From positions 1 to 42,728 of IMG/VR virus record IMGVR_UViG_3300012793_000001: a stretch of DNA of 42,728 nt; one strand, given 5' to 3'. The notes under the pieces were generated by a model. The model did not search any database, had not been told where the DNA came from, and saw only the letters and a list, made by a program, of their open reading frames with translations. Of the stretch, positions 23,666-32,497 are shown piece by piece. The stretch comes from a virus. The stretch's first letter is position 1. Each line of letters opens with the position of its first letter. The position numbers were made by a program, and so were the translations under genes.

Positions 23666-25123
23666 TTACAAGAATGCGTTCCTAATAGAAGCTTTTACGA
23701 TTGGTGTCTTATCTGATGCTATCAGTACATCTGTATTGCCAGGTTCAATATAAATCTTATCCGAACCATTCGCTAAATAATCATCTGCTGGTGTTCCATT
23801 CAAAAAAACTTTCAATTTTTCCGTGACTTCCAAATGATCACCAACCGAAAATGTCAATGCTTCTTCTTCAATATTGCTTGTGTTAATCTTGACAAATTTG
23901 GTATAACTGCATCCCAGTTCCATTGGGGGTTTATCAGACCACAATCCCCACCACACCGTCTGAGCGTTTGCACGTAGATTAGACACATCGTCATTTGTAT
24001 AGGAACGACTGTAGGTCCATAAAGATTTCCAATTAGAAGGATTGATTGCGGTTATTGAGAAGGTGAACTTATTCCCCACTTTTTTTATGACCACATTCCC
24101 GAAAAAGTCCCTTCTTTCATATGGAATACTCCCTTTGTAGACACGAGTGTCACCAATAAAAAAATAGTAGTCAACGTATTCGTTACTACTAAATCCTTTC
24201 TTTATTTCCACGCCAGCAATAAAGTTGTTATCTTTATCAACAATATTCATTTCAGTCATCCCTTGTTGCTGGACTTTGGGAGTTTTTGCCGATTTTTTAT
24301 GTCCAACTCGAAACGTCGCTTCCCAATTTTCAACTGAGGAATCATTCGTGTAACGTGTAATCGATGGTCCGTGCCAGATATCTTTATAATTACCAAAATC
24401 TTCCGCCCAAAAATCTTGCGATCTAAATCCCACCTCGCCAGAATTTATTGACGATTCTGGTTTCCAACGAATTCTTGCTGTTTTGAATGACCATTTATTT
24501 TTGGTTGCCGGCGTCATTTCGTCTATCCATAAAACAGTGGACGGTGCCACGGTTTGCACGTCCGGCTCATCCACTGTTCCTAGTTGAATGATCTGATTTT
24601 CTGTTAGTATTCCTAAATAGCTGGTGTCTTCTGTAAAATCGGCTTGAAATCTAACTGGCGTCTTATATGTCCCGTTATTTTCGATCCTTAAAGTTTCACC
24701 AGAAGAAAAAAAGCTTTGTTCCTCTATTCCGTGAGCTAGTCCATCAGGAATAATAAATGTTAGGCTCCCTGTTGCTTCATTCATCTGTTCTAAAGATCTT
24801 ACTAGTTTAGATTCCCCGTCCAATTTTCCCAAATAATAACGATCTGGCTCGTGGGAAAACCAAATTCTGTGCAGCTCTTTATCTCTTGCTAATATAGAAA
24901 TGTCGTCTTTAAAATCTCGCCAGTTCCCTCTTGTCGAAAAAACAGGCAAGGTTATTGTATTTGCTTCACTACGAGAATCTTTAATTTGTGACCCATAACC
25001 TCTTGCAGACCTTACCAATTCATTAGTAACTGGGGCGAAAAGCCCCATCTCAGGTTCTCCAAGTAAATCGAAATAATCAGATAGGATTAAATCGTCGAAC
25101 TTTATAATTAAATCACTTTCCAT
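23666..25123 (-). CDS. Distal tail protein (Dit), long form
   Basis: Lies immediately after the tape measure gene with an ATGA-type overlap. 485 aa. Confidence 0.7.
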   Translation of the reverse strand: MESDLIIKFDDLILSDYFDLLGEPEMGLFAPVTNELVRSARGYGSQIKDSRSEANTITLPVFSTRGNWRDFKDDISILARDKELHRIWFSHEPDRYYLGKLDGESKLVRSLEQMNEATGSLTFIIPDGLAHGIEEQSFFSSGETLRIENNGTYKTPVRFQADFTEDTSYLGILTENQIIQLGTVDEPDVQTVAPSTVLWIDEMTPATKNKWSFKTARIRWKPESSINSGEVGFRSQDFWAEDFGNYKDIWHGPSITRYTNDSSVENWEATFRVGHKKSAKTPKVQQQGMTEMNIVDKDNNFIAGVEIKKGFSSNEYVDYYFFIGDTRVYKGSIPYERRDFFGNVVIKKVGNKFTFSITAINPSNWKSLWTYSRSYTNDDVSNLRANAQTVWWGLWSDKPPMELGCSYTKFVKINTSNIEEEALTFSVGDHLEVTEKLKVFLNGTPADDYLANGSDKIYIEPGNTDVLIASDKTPIVKASIRNAFL

Positions 25124-28100
25124 TATAACAACTCACCTGCCATTCTTTTTCTACTGATATCTTTCCTGTTTTGTGCATCTGTCACAATATCAGCTACTTC
25201 TTTTTCTTTCATTATTATTTTAAGGTTTCTCATGTCAGAACCTAATTGGTTAATCGCTCGAAGCATATCTTCAAATATCGAATTATCAAAGTTTACACTA
25301 AACTCACTCTTTTTCGCTTCTTGTGAGCCGTTATTCGTTACACTTTTCAAATTTCTAACTAATGTAGAATCTTCCGGAATACCTACACCGTCAGCATACT
25401 TTGGAATGCCCAAGCGCCGCATGATCGATTTGGTGATACTAGCTCGAGCAACCTTCGTTCCTGCAGGAGCATTGGGAATATACACATTTCGACCTTGAGG
25501 TATAAATGGAGCCTGACCAGGGAACTGAACCAACTCTTTGTATAATGGTCCAGGCTGATCATTTACGATCATATCTCCACCAGGGTGGTAATTTGTTCCT
25601 TTGGCATTTGGAATAGCTGTCTGTCCAGTTCTTCTCCCTCGATACTCGACATCAATTACGACATTTTTGCTATAAACCTGTGCAATTGCGTTTTTCGCCC
25701 TTTCAACTTCTGAATAATCCGCCGTAGCATGTAAATGTTTCGCTCCAACACTAGTTTCATTGTAGTTTCTGATTTTGGATTGCGCTGTATTGATATTATT
25801 GACAACACTTGTATTATCGCCAAACAACTTCTTCAATTCTGGACTTAATTTGTTGTACTTCTCTAAAGCCGACTGAGTCTGCTCAACCGTCAGCTTAGCT
25901 GGGTTATCAGCAATTAGGGTTTTAACTTCTGGAGGTAAAGCATTCCAATCAGACAGTTTCCCTTTAGTATCAAGCAACTTGTAAAGAGCATCTGTATTAT
26001 CTACACCTAAAGTTTTCCTATCAGAATTATAGGCATTCCATAATCCCATCTCTTCTATTGTGTCATATAAGTTGAGCATTGCTTCATCATTGCCCACAAG
26101 AAGCTTTTTGTCAGTAAGATAAAGATTGTTCCATTTACCCGATTCACCCATTGCAATGGCAATTTCTTCTTTTGCATTTGTGGAAATATCAGCGTTTTTA
26201 GCCATGAATTTCAGCTGTTCCCAACCTTCATCTGTCGAAGCCATGTCTTTCAATACATCAGCCATGTTGGTTCTGACTTCACCAGTTTTAGGATCGAGAG
26301 CCATCTGATTCCACTGGATATCGGCTTCTTCGGTGCCTTTAGCTAACATATCAAGATTTTTTGTTGTATCATCGACACTTGAATTCACTAAATCAGCAAC
26401 TTCATCAACGGTCCATCCATACTGCTGCCAAACAGATGACATTTGTTCCAAACTGTAGCCTTGTTCCAACCGTAGTTTTGCTAAACCTAATATCATAGAT
26501 TCAGAACTATTTTTATGTTCCTTATCCAATTCTTCAAGCAAAGCTTTTTGTCTTTGTACATTATCCTTAGTGCCTTCGATAATCGCTTTTCTATTCTGTT
26601 CATACTTCTCTTGTTCTGTATTTAAAGCTTTTCCAACACTATTTGCTCGTTCCTCAAGTTGTCTGTCAGTAAGCTTGCTTAATTTGTCTTGATACGCAGA
26701 TTCAATTGCAATTCGTTGTTCAGATGTAAAGCCAGCAAGTTTTAGCTGCTTATCTGATAACTGATTATAGTTTGCTTCTATATATGCTCGTTCCTGATCA
26801 GATAGTTCTCGGCTATTTTTACTTGCATCAGATAAAATTTTGTTGATACGGTCAACTCTTTTTTTTGCTTGATCCGCTAACTGCTCACCATATTTTTTAT
26901 CATTTTCAGCTTGCTGCTTTAAACTATCTTGAATGCCTTGGTTATCAACATCCTCAGCATTTTTCATTTTTCGTTGATATTCTTTGTCAATAGTTGCTTG
27001 TATAGAGTCAATAATTGCGTTGTTTGCTTTAATGGCTTTATCAGCCGATCCTTTAACTCCATCTGCATATTCATCAATGTACTTGACTGCCTTTTCCCGT
27101 AATTCATAAGACTTAGTAATCACTTTATCTTGTTCTTCGGTTACTTTAGTTCCCCACTTAGCTCCAGCAAGTTGGTGTTCGTCATATGCTTTTTTACCAA
27201 GATAAACTGCTCCAGCAACTGCACCTAATGCAGCAATACCTATGGCGACTGGTCCAGCCAAGCCTGCAATTGCTGTGCCCATACCGGCAATTCCTCCAGT
27301 TGTTGCTCCAGCTGTTCCAGCCCCAACTGCTGTTGTTGCGGCTGTTCCAACACCCGAAATTGAAGTTGCTAGGCCACCCAACGCTTTCTTTTCAGCTGCA
27401 TCAGCTGCAAGTTTGACAATACCCTTTGAAAGTTTTCCAACACCTTTAGTGACAGATCCAACTATAGAAATACCACTCCCAAGTAGTTTGAGAGTTGGAC
27501 CAGCTGCGGCAGCTATTAGTCCCCATTTGATAATGTTTCTTTGTTGTTCTTTATCTAAAGAGCTGAAAGACTTTGCTAGATTACCCAGACTTTTAATCAA
27601 AGGCTTAGAAGCTTCAAGACCATCTCTTAATGCATCAACAAGTGGACCCCCAAATTCAATAGCTGCATCTACTACTTCATTTTTCAACATCTTCAATTTG
27701 GATTCTGTTGTTTCATACCTTTTGCCTGCTTCTTCAGCAAGAGCCGTATTTTCGCCAAATGCTTTATTACCCATCTCAACTGCACCAGAGAAAACACCGC
27801 TAGCATTAGCAGCTCTTAGCAAGCTATCTCGCAATCGAACTTCTTTGATATCCATATCATCTAAGACTTTAATAGCAGATGTTCCGTTTTCTTCAGCTTT
27901 ACCAAGACCTTCAACAAATTTCATGATTGCCGTGCTTGGATCATCTTTGAACATTTTTGAAAATTGCTCGCCAGTTAGTCCAGCTACGTCAGCAAACTGC
28001 TCCAATGAGGTTTTTGATTTATCAGCTTCTTTGTACATCTTCTTCAATTCAGACGAAGTGAAGCCCATTTCTTTAGAAACACCAGTTAGTTCCTTGCCAC

Positions 28101-29283
28101 CGTTTCGAACAGCAGAAACCAATCGTTCCCATGACACACCTTGATCCTCAGCATGTCCCTTTAACTCTTCAAAGGCTCCGGTCCCTTTTTCAACAGCCAG
28201 TTGCATTTGAACCATGACTTTAGAAAAGGCAGATCCACCAGCTTCTGCTTCAACACCAACCGAGCTTAACGCAGCGGCAAAACCTAAAATGTCCCCTTCA
28301 CTCATTCCTACTTGGTGTCCTGCTCCAGCTAAACGTAATGCCATTTCGGATATTTCTGATTCGGTCGTTGCAAAGTTATTTCCCAAATCTACAATAGCTG
28401 AACCAAGATTGCTAAATTTATCTTGAGACATTTGTGTTATATTAGCAAAACGAGCCAACTCAGTAGCAGCTGTTTCAGCGCTCATGTTTGTTGACTCGCC
28501 TAAATCGATCATTACTTTAGTAAATGCTGAAACATTTTGTGTTTGAATGCCTAATTGTCCTGCAGCCTCTGCTACAGAGGCTATTTCTGAGTGCGTTGAA
28601 GGTAGTTGCTTAGCTAAATCTCTCAAACTGCTCTCTAAATCATCGTATGAATACACTACATTTCCGTTACTGTCCACAACTTCGTCAGAAGTTTTCTTGA
28701 CACCAGCGAAAGCAGACTCCCAATCAATAGCTGCTTTTGTAACTGCTGTTGCTCCTGCAACTAATGGAAGAGTAATTCCTGTTGTTAATGTTGATCCTAC
28801 ACTAGATACCACACTGCCAAACTTTTGGATTTTCTCGCCTTGTTTGATGAAAGCATCGCCCTGTTTGTTAAGCCATCCAGTAACTCCATTCGTTTCAATA
28901 TCAAGACGAGCTAATTGGCCAACAGTAGATTTTAATTGCTGCTCGTAGCCAGCTAGTTTAGCTTGAGCATCGTTATACTTTTGAGCTGCTTTAGCAGTTG
29001 TCGAAGTAGCGTTACCTTGAGAATCTAAAGTCTTGTCGTAAGCTTGTTTTAGATACCCTAACTCATTTTTTTGAGCATCAATAACTTTGTTTAAAGCTTG
29101 CTGCTTAAATGCGAGAGCATCTATTTTTTTGCCGCCTGCATCAGCAATCTTAAAACCTGCTTGCATTTCTTTTGCTGCTGTCTTAGTAGCACGAGTAGCT
29201 CCAGTTAAACTACTAGAAAAAGCTGTAGTGTCTAATCCCAGGGTAATCAGCATCTGCCCGAGTGGTTTTCCATTTTGAACCAA
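25123..29283 (-). CDS. Tail tape measure protein (1386 aa, TTG start)
   Basis: Its length, coiled-coil content and a Gly/Ala-rich hydrophobic segment. AGGAGGAG RBS. Follows the G/G-T chaperone gene. Confidence 0.92.
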   Translation of the reverse strand: MVQNGKPLGQMLITLGLDTTAFSSSLTGATRATKTAAKEMQAGFKIADAGGKKIDALAFKQQALNKVIDAQKNELGYLKQAYDKTLDSQGNATSTTAKAAQKYNDAQAKLAGYEQQLKSTVGQLARLDIETNGVTGWLNKQGDAFIKQGEKIQKFGSVVSSVGSTLTTGITLPLVAGATAVTKAAIDWESAFAGVKKTSDEVVDSNGNVVYSYDDLESSLRDLAKQLPSTHSEIASVAEAAGQLGIQTQNVSAFTKVMIDLGESTNMSAETAATELARFANITQMSQDKFSNLGSAIVDLGNNFATTESEISEMALRLAGAGHQVGMSEGDILGFAAALSSVGVEAEAGGSAFSKVMVQMQLAVEKGTGAFEELKGHAEDQGVSWERLVSAVRNGGKELTGVSKEMGFTSSELKKMYKEADKSKTSLEQFADVAGLTGEQFSKMFKDDPSTAIMKFVEGLGKAEENGTSAIKVLDDMDIKEVRLRDSLLRAANASGVFSGAVEMGNKAFGENTALAEEAGKRYETTESKLKMLKNEVVDAAIEFGGPLVDALRDGLEASKPLIKSLGNLAKSFSSLDKEQQRNIIKWGLIAAAAGPTLKLLGSGISIVGSVTKGVGKLSKGIVKLAADAAEKKALGGLATSISGVGTAATTAVGAGTAGATTGGIAGMGTAIAGLAGPVAIGIAALGAVAGAVYLGKKAYDEHQLAGAKWGTKVTEEQDKVITKSYELREKAVKYIDEYADGVKGSADKAIKANNAIIDSIQATIDKEYQRKMKNAEDVDNQGIQDSLKQQAENDKKYGEQLADQAKKRVDRINKILSDASKNSRELSDQERAYIEANYNQLSDKQLKLAGFTSEQRIAIESAYQDKLSKLTDRQLEERANSVGKALNTEQEKYEQNRKAIIEGTKDNVQRQKALLEELDKEHKNSSESMILGLAKLRLEQGYSLEQMSSVWQQYGWTVDEVADLVNSSVDDTTKNLDMLAKGTEEADIQWNQMALDPKTGEVRTNMADVLKDMASTDEGWEQLKFMAKNADISTNAKEEIAIAMGESGKWNNLYLTDKKLLVGNDEAMLNLYDTIEEMGLWNAYNSDRKTLGVDNTDALYKLLDTKGKLSDWNALPPEVKTLIADNPAKLTVEQTQSALEKYNKLSPELKKLFGDNTSVVNNINTAQSKIRNYNETSVGAKHLHATADYSEVERAKNAIAQVYSKNVVIDVEYRGRRTGQTAIPNAKGTNYHPGGDMIVNDQPGPLYKELVQFPGQAPFIPQGRNVYIPNAPAGTKVARASITKSIMRRLGIPKYADGVGIPEDSTLVRNLKSVTNNGSQEAKKSEFSVNFDNSIFEDMLRAINQLGSDMRNLKIIMKEKEVADIVTDAQNRKDISRKRMAGELL

Positions 29284-29300
29284 GTTTTCTCCTCCTTTCC

Positions 29301-29854
29301 TTATCTATTGATTTCCTTAAACCAATCTTCCATAGAGACAACTTCTCTTCTATTGGCAGAAGGTTGATTGCTATCGGTGTCCGAAAACATAATTTCATCC
29401 AAGTATTGAACATCGGTTTCTAGAATTGTGTTGATGTTCCATCCCGGAAAAGTTAGAATAGTTTGTTTCATAAAGTTAATTAGAGAAGAGTAAAGTTCGC
29501 TTCCCTTTAGACTTCCTTTTTTGGGTCATCTTCCTCAACGACATCTGTTTTTTTCAATCCCAAAACTCGAAATAAAATGATATCCATAATAACGGTATCT
29601 TCAACATCAATGCCGTTCAAAATTGCATCGGCTGTCACTTGCTTGTCATCAAATAGACCAGCGACAAATTTTGCTCTAAATTCTGTTAATTCTTCAGATG
29701 TAGCAGGGTTAGGCTTTCCGTTTCCATCGACTCGTTCTACTAATTCAGTTTCTTCTCGCACATAGTCCAATCTTTTTTTGAATGGTACAAAATCTTGTGT
29801 AAAAGTTTTGGTTTTGCCATCTTTCATACGAAGAGATAACTTAATTTCTGTCAT
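29301..29854 (-). CDS. Tail assembly chaperone G-T fusion made by a -1 programmed frameshift
   Basis: The -1 frame stays open from the slip site to TAA 29303..29301 (KKGSLKGSELYSSLINFMKQTILTFPGW...EDWFKEINR), ending just before the tape measure RBS. Confidence 0.7.
29507..29854 (-). CDS. Tail assembly chaperone (gpG-like, 115 aa)
   Basis: Lies between the major tail/Ig-like genes and the tape measure gene. Acidic C-terminus. Confidence 0.8.
   Translation of the reverse strand: MTEIKLSLRMKDGKTKTFTQDFVPFKKRLDYVREETELVERVDGNGKPNPATSEELTEFRAKFVAGLFDDKQVTADAILNGIDVEDTVIMDIILFRVLGLKKTDVVEEDDPKKEV
29516..29522 (-). promoter_or_regulatory. Canonical -1 slippery heptamer A_AAA_AAG
   Basis: CCA AAA AAG, three codons before the gpG stop codon. 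Confidence 0.75.
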
Positions 29855-29867
29855 GTTCTTTCCTCCT

Positions 29868-29903
29868 AAAATAAATCAAAAAAGGCTAGTCAAATGACTA
29901 ACC
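29868..29903 (-). terminator. Intrinsic terminator overlapping the stop codon of the Ig-like protein gene
   Basis: On the minus strand: GGTTAGTCA-tt-TGACTAGCC followed by TTTTTTGATTTATTTT. Confidence 0.7.
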
Positions 29904-30344
29904 TTCAATAACAGTAATTGTGCATGTAGCTGTTTTTGCACCATCTTTTGTAGTAAAAGTAATATCAGTAGTCGCACCCACTGTTGCATCAGCTTTAACT
30001 GTGACTGTTCCACCACTCACTGTTGCTACGGCAGTATCAGAACTGGACCATGATCCAGATTTATCACTTGCGTTCTCGGGTAATACATTCGGTGTCAACT
30101 TAACTGACCCTCCAACAGCAACATCTGCTGTCGATTTATCTAAGCTTACACTCGAAACTGGAATAGGCAGCGTTTTAAAGGAAGGAATATCCACTTTCGA
30201 AGATTCGCTATCTCCTACAACACGTGTTGCTTTGTACTCCCCGGCAACTACACTTTTATTTGCTTCTTCTCCAGTAATTGTTAAAGGCGAAGGACCTTCT
30301 TTTACAATTGAATCACCTTTATATATTCTAAATGTCTCTACCAT
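29898..30344 (-). CDS. Free-standing Ig-like (Big_2-type) domain protein (148 aa)
   Basis: VSSVSLDKSTADVAVGGSVKLTPNVLPENASDKSGSWSSSDTAVATVSGGTVTVKA is a typical Big_2 repeat. Has its own ATG and RBS. Confidence 0.8.
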   Translation of the reverse strand: MVETFRIYKGDSIVKEGPSPLTITGEEANKSVVAGEYKATRVVGDSESSKVDIPSFKTLPIPVSSVSLDKSTADVAVGGSVKLTPNVLPENASDKSGSWSSSDTAVATVSGGTVTVKADATVGATTDITFTTKDGAKTATCTITVIEG

Positions 30345-30358
30345 ATTAATTTCCTTTC

Positions 30359-30430
30359 TTATGATAAATTGATAACTGCCCCGTCAGTTGTCGGCGTGAC
30401 ATTGCCAATCTCAGGGGAAGTTACTCCCCC
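30359..30430 (-). CDS. -1 frame C-terminal extension of the major tail protein (GGVTSPEIGNVTPTTDGAVINLS)
   Basis: The G5 run (30430..30426) straddles the last sense codons. The -1 frame is closed by TGA two codons upstream and ends at TAA 30361..30359. Homologous to 32429..32497. Confidence 0.6.
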   Translation of the reverse strand, partial: GGVTSPEIGNVTPTTDGAVINLS

Positions 30431-30996
30431 GCGGTGTCAAATAATTCCGCTTCAAGGGCTGTAAATGATTCATCCCCTACAGCAAATCCTACAGTCTCGT
30501 TATCGTCACCAATTTTTTTAGGAATAGGAGCGAAGGTAAATTGATCAGCCTCTGGTGTCGGAGTTGTTCCTTCTTTTGTATTCGCGGTGATAGATTCACG
30601 TCCAAATTTTCCAGCATATAATCCTGTTCCCATCTTTTCACCACGTAACGTTGATGATTCAAACAGAACTGCACAATAAGGCGGTTTTGTTTTCTCTCCA
30701 GCATGATAAACGCCATTCGTTGCTTTTGTGCGCCCTAATACTTCGTTTTCAACCTCAAAAGGCAAGTCTAGAGCACTAAAGGTAGCAGCAACCTCACCAG
30801 TTCCCTCTTGAATGATAAAATAAGGGATATCTGATCCATATACTTTGACTGCTTCTGGGGATAGTCCCGTAATTTCGAAAGCGCTAGTCGCGCCTTCATT
30901 TGTCTTCCCTTCGATTACATACTTTTTAGCGGGAACTGGCTTTAAACTTTCATCTAAGATTTGAATTGTCGCTCTTTTAAAACCTACTAATGTCAT
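30421..30996 (-). CDS. Major tail protein
   Basis: 191 aa. Lies after the head-tail joining genes and before the chaperone gene. Confidence 0.8.
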   Translation of the reverse strand: MTLVGFKRATIQILDESLKPVPAKKYVIEGKTNEGATSAFEITGLSPEAVKVYGSDIPYFIIQEGTGEVAATFSALDLPFEVENEVLGRTKATNGVYHAGEKTKPPYCAVLFESSTLRGEKMGTGLYAGKFGRESITANTKEGTTPTPEADQFTFAPIPKKIGDDNETVGFAVGDESFTALEAELFDTAGE

Positions 30997-30997
30997 G

Positions 30998-31372
30998 CTA
31001 TTTCCTCCTTGTATGAGTGTACTGTCTAATCAGTACATGAATATTTTCATTTTCCGAATGCGGTCTATCTTCCCCATATATTTGAAAGAAATCCGCTTCT
31101 TCCATCCCTCGATCTAATTTGTCGTTCAGTTCTTCAATATCTGTTTTCCCTAGATCAATAAAAGCCATTACCTGAATGCGATAGCTTCTTGAATGGTATT
31201 TGTCTGATCCGTGAGATCCGTTTGTTTCTCCTACATTTTCAATCTTGAAATATGGTACTTGATCTAAGCTTTGGTATTTTTTTGGTACTGTATAGGGAAA
31301 GAAAAGATTCGAATCAATCTCCGGAAATATTCTCGGCAATATATTTACCGCTACTTCCGCAACTGGCGTCAT
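30998..31372 (-). CDS. Tail completion / tail terminator-like protein
   Basis: Called from position and size (124 aa) in the head-tail joining cluster. Confidence 0.6.
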   Translation of the reverse strand: MTPVAEVAVNILPRIFPEIDSNLFFPYTVPKKYQSLDQVPYFKIENVGETNGSHGSDKYHSRSYRIQVMAFIDLGKTDIEELNDKLDRGMEEADFFQIYGEDRPHSENENIHVLIRQYTHTRRK

Positions 31373-31746
31373 AATCCTAATCCTCCTTTTAATTGTTCCA
31401 TATACTCTTGCATTACAGCTTCTGCTTCGGTATCAGCAGTTTTTTCTATAAAATGCTGTCCACTTTGGAATTCAGAACCCATATTTACAACGTGAGCACG
31501 GAAGTAAGCACCTCGACCATATCCAACATCAACATCACCATTATCTTGAACCGCGCCTACTGTTACTGTCTCTTCAAGTAAGATCTTTCCAGTTGATGCA
31601 TCAACTGGAGTATTCGCTTCTAAAGCTTCTCCAAGTTTGAAGCCTGCCGATTTTCCTGCCTTGCGACGGATCTTGCCTTCAACATCGGCAATGGTTTGTG
31701 CGACGTTTCTTTCTAAATCGCCAAGATCGATTGTTACACTCATCAT
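31369..31746 (-). CDS. HK97 gp10-family head-tail joining protein
   Basis: Called from size, position and the SEFQSGQHFIEKT region. Confidence 0.65.
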   Translation of the reverse strand: MMSVTIDLGDLERNVAQTIADVEGKIRRKAGKSAGFKLGEALEANTPVDASTGKILLEETVTVGAVQDNGDVDVGYGRGAYFRAHVVNMGSEFQSGQHFIEKTADTEAEAVMQEYMEQLKGGLGL

Positions 31747-32084
31747 TCCACCGCCTTTAGTATCAAAAGCATAAAATCCTCGTTTTCAACATCTGGATTG
31801 ATGTCAACAATGTTATATCGAACTCCCTTTATACTAACTATCATATCGGGAGTGACTGTTTGTTTTTGCTTTTGCCGAATCACAACGTTAACAGTGTTTT
31901 TATATGAAGTATCTTCACTTTTAACTTCGGTTAGATATTTCTGTTTGTATCCAAACCAAGGCCTCATCACCTCAACGTAATTCGGTATTTTTGTCCCATT
32001 AGGTCCTATTTTAAAACCATCTTGTTTCAAAAACTGCGCGCGTTTAGTGAGTTTTCCTGTACGACTAACCGCCAATAGGATCAC
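31743..32084 (-). CDS. Head closure / head-tail adaptor protein
   Basis: Called from size (113 aa) and position. IKGVRYNIVDINPDVENEDFMLLIL is typical of head-closure proteins. Confidence 0.65.
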   Translation of the reverse strand: MILLAVSRTGKLTKRAQFLKQDGFKIGPNGTKIPNYVEVMRPWFGYKQKYLTEVKSEDTSYKNTVNVVIRQKQKQTVTPDMIVSIKGVRYNIVDINPDVENEDFMLLILKAVE

Positions 32085-32415
32085 CTTCCTTAAACACCTT
32101 ATATTCCGCTTTTAATAATGAAACCAAGCTTGTATATCCCAAATCGAATTCTCGCAAGGTGCCATTCATATTACTTGATTCAATCGTTGCCGATCTAGCT
32201 TTGTAATAATGGTCAGCAAGCATTATGGCAGCAGTGTTAAGCAATTCCACAATCTCGTTTTCTTGAACATAGAAAGAGGGCTTGTCTCTTCCGAGTGCCC
32301 CCTTAATCGTTCCGATTGCTGTTGTAAATGCTCTAATCACTTCTTTGTCATCATCATCCGTATCAATTTTCATTGCAGCTTTGATTTCTTCTAAATCTTT
32401 TTTGGGATCTAACAT
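32065..32415 (-). CDS. gp6-like head-tail connector protein
   Basis: N-terminal LEEIKAAMKIDTDDDDKEVIRAF motif. First gene after the capsid gene. Confidence 0.7.
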   Translation of the reverse strand: MLDPKKDLEEIKAAMKIDTDDDDKEVIRAFTTAIGTIKGALGRDKPSFYVQENEIVELLNTAAIMLADHYYKARSATIESSNMNGTLREFDLGYTSLVSLLKAEYKVFKEGDPIGG

Positions 32416-32428
32416 ACTATGAGCCCCC

Positions 32429-32497
32429 TTATTGAAGCTCTATAACAGCTCCATCAGTTGTAGGATCTACCGATAGAACTTCAGGGGCTGTTATTTT
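32429..32497 (-). CDS. -1 frame C-terminal extension of the major capsid protein (K-ITAPEVLSVDPTTDGAVIELQ)
   Basis: The A4 run (32497..32494) includes the last sense codon AAA before TAA. The -1 frame runs to TAA 32431..32429. Homologous to 30359..30430. Confidence 0.6.
   Translation of the reverse strand, partial: KITAPEVLSVDPTTDGAVIELQ

Noticed and set aside
27242-28144. 300-aa plus-strand ORF (and several shorter ones) inside the tape measure gene
   Set aside because: It lies antisense to a clearly real 1386-aa gene. The product is low-complexity and Ala/Pro/Ser-rich, there is no RBS, and this is a typical shadow ORF of an Ala/Gly/Lys-rich coding strand.
29213-29413. 66-aa minus-strand ORF between the chaperone and the tape measure
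   Set aside because: It overlaps the tape measure start and is in the wrong frame. The biologically sensible reading is the -1 frame continuation of gpG (G-T fusion), which is a different frame.
32416-32490. The conserved blocks after the capsid and tail genes as RNA or DNA elements (terminators or packaging signals) rather than coding sequence
   Set aside because: No stable stem with a U-tract can be drawn. The pattern of differences is concentrated at third codon positions of one frame, with identical lengths to a TAA, which argues for a translated peptide. This is reported as a finding instead.
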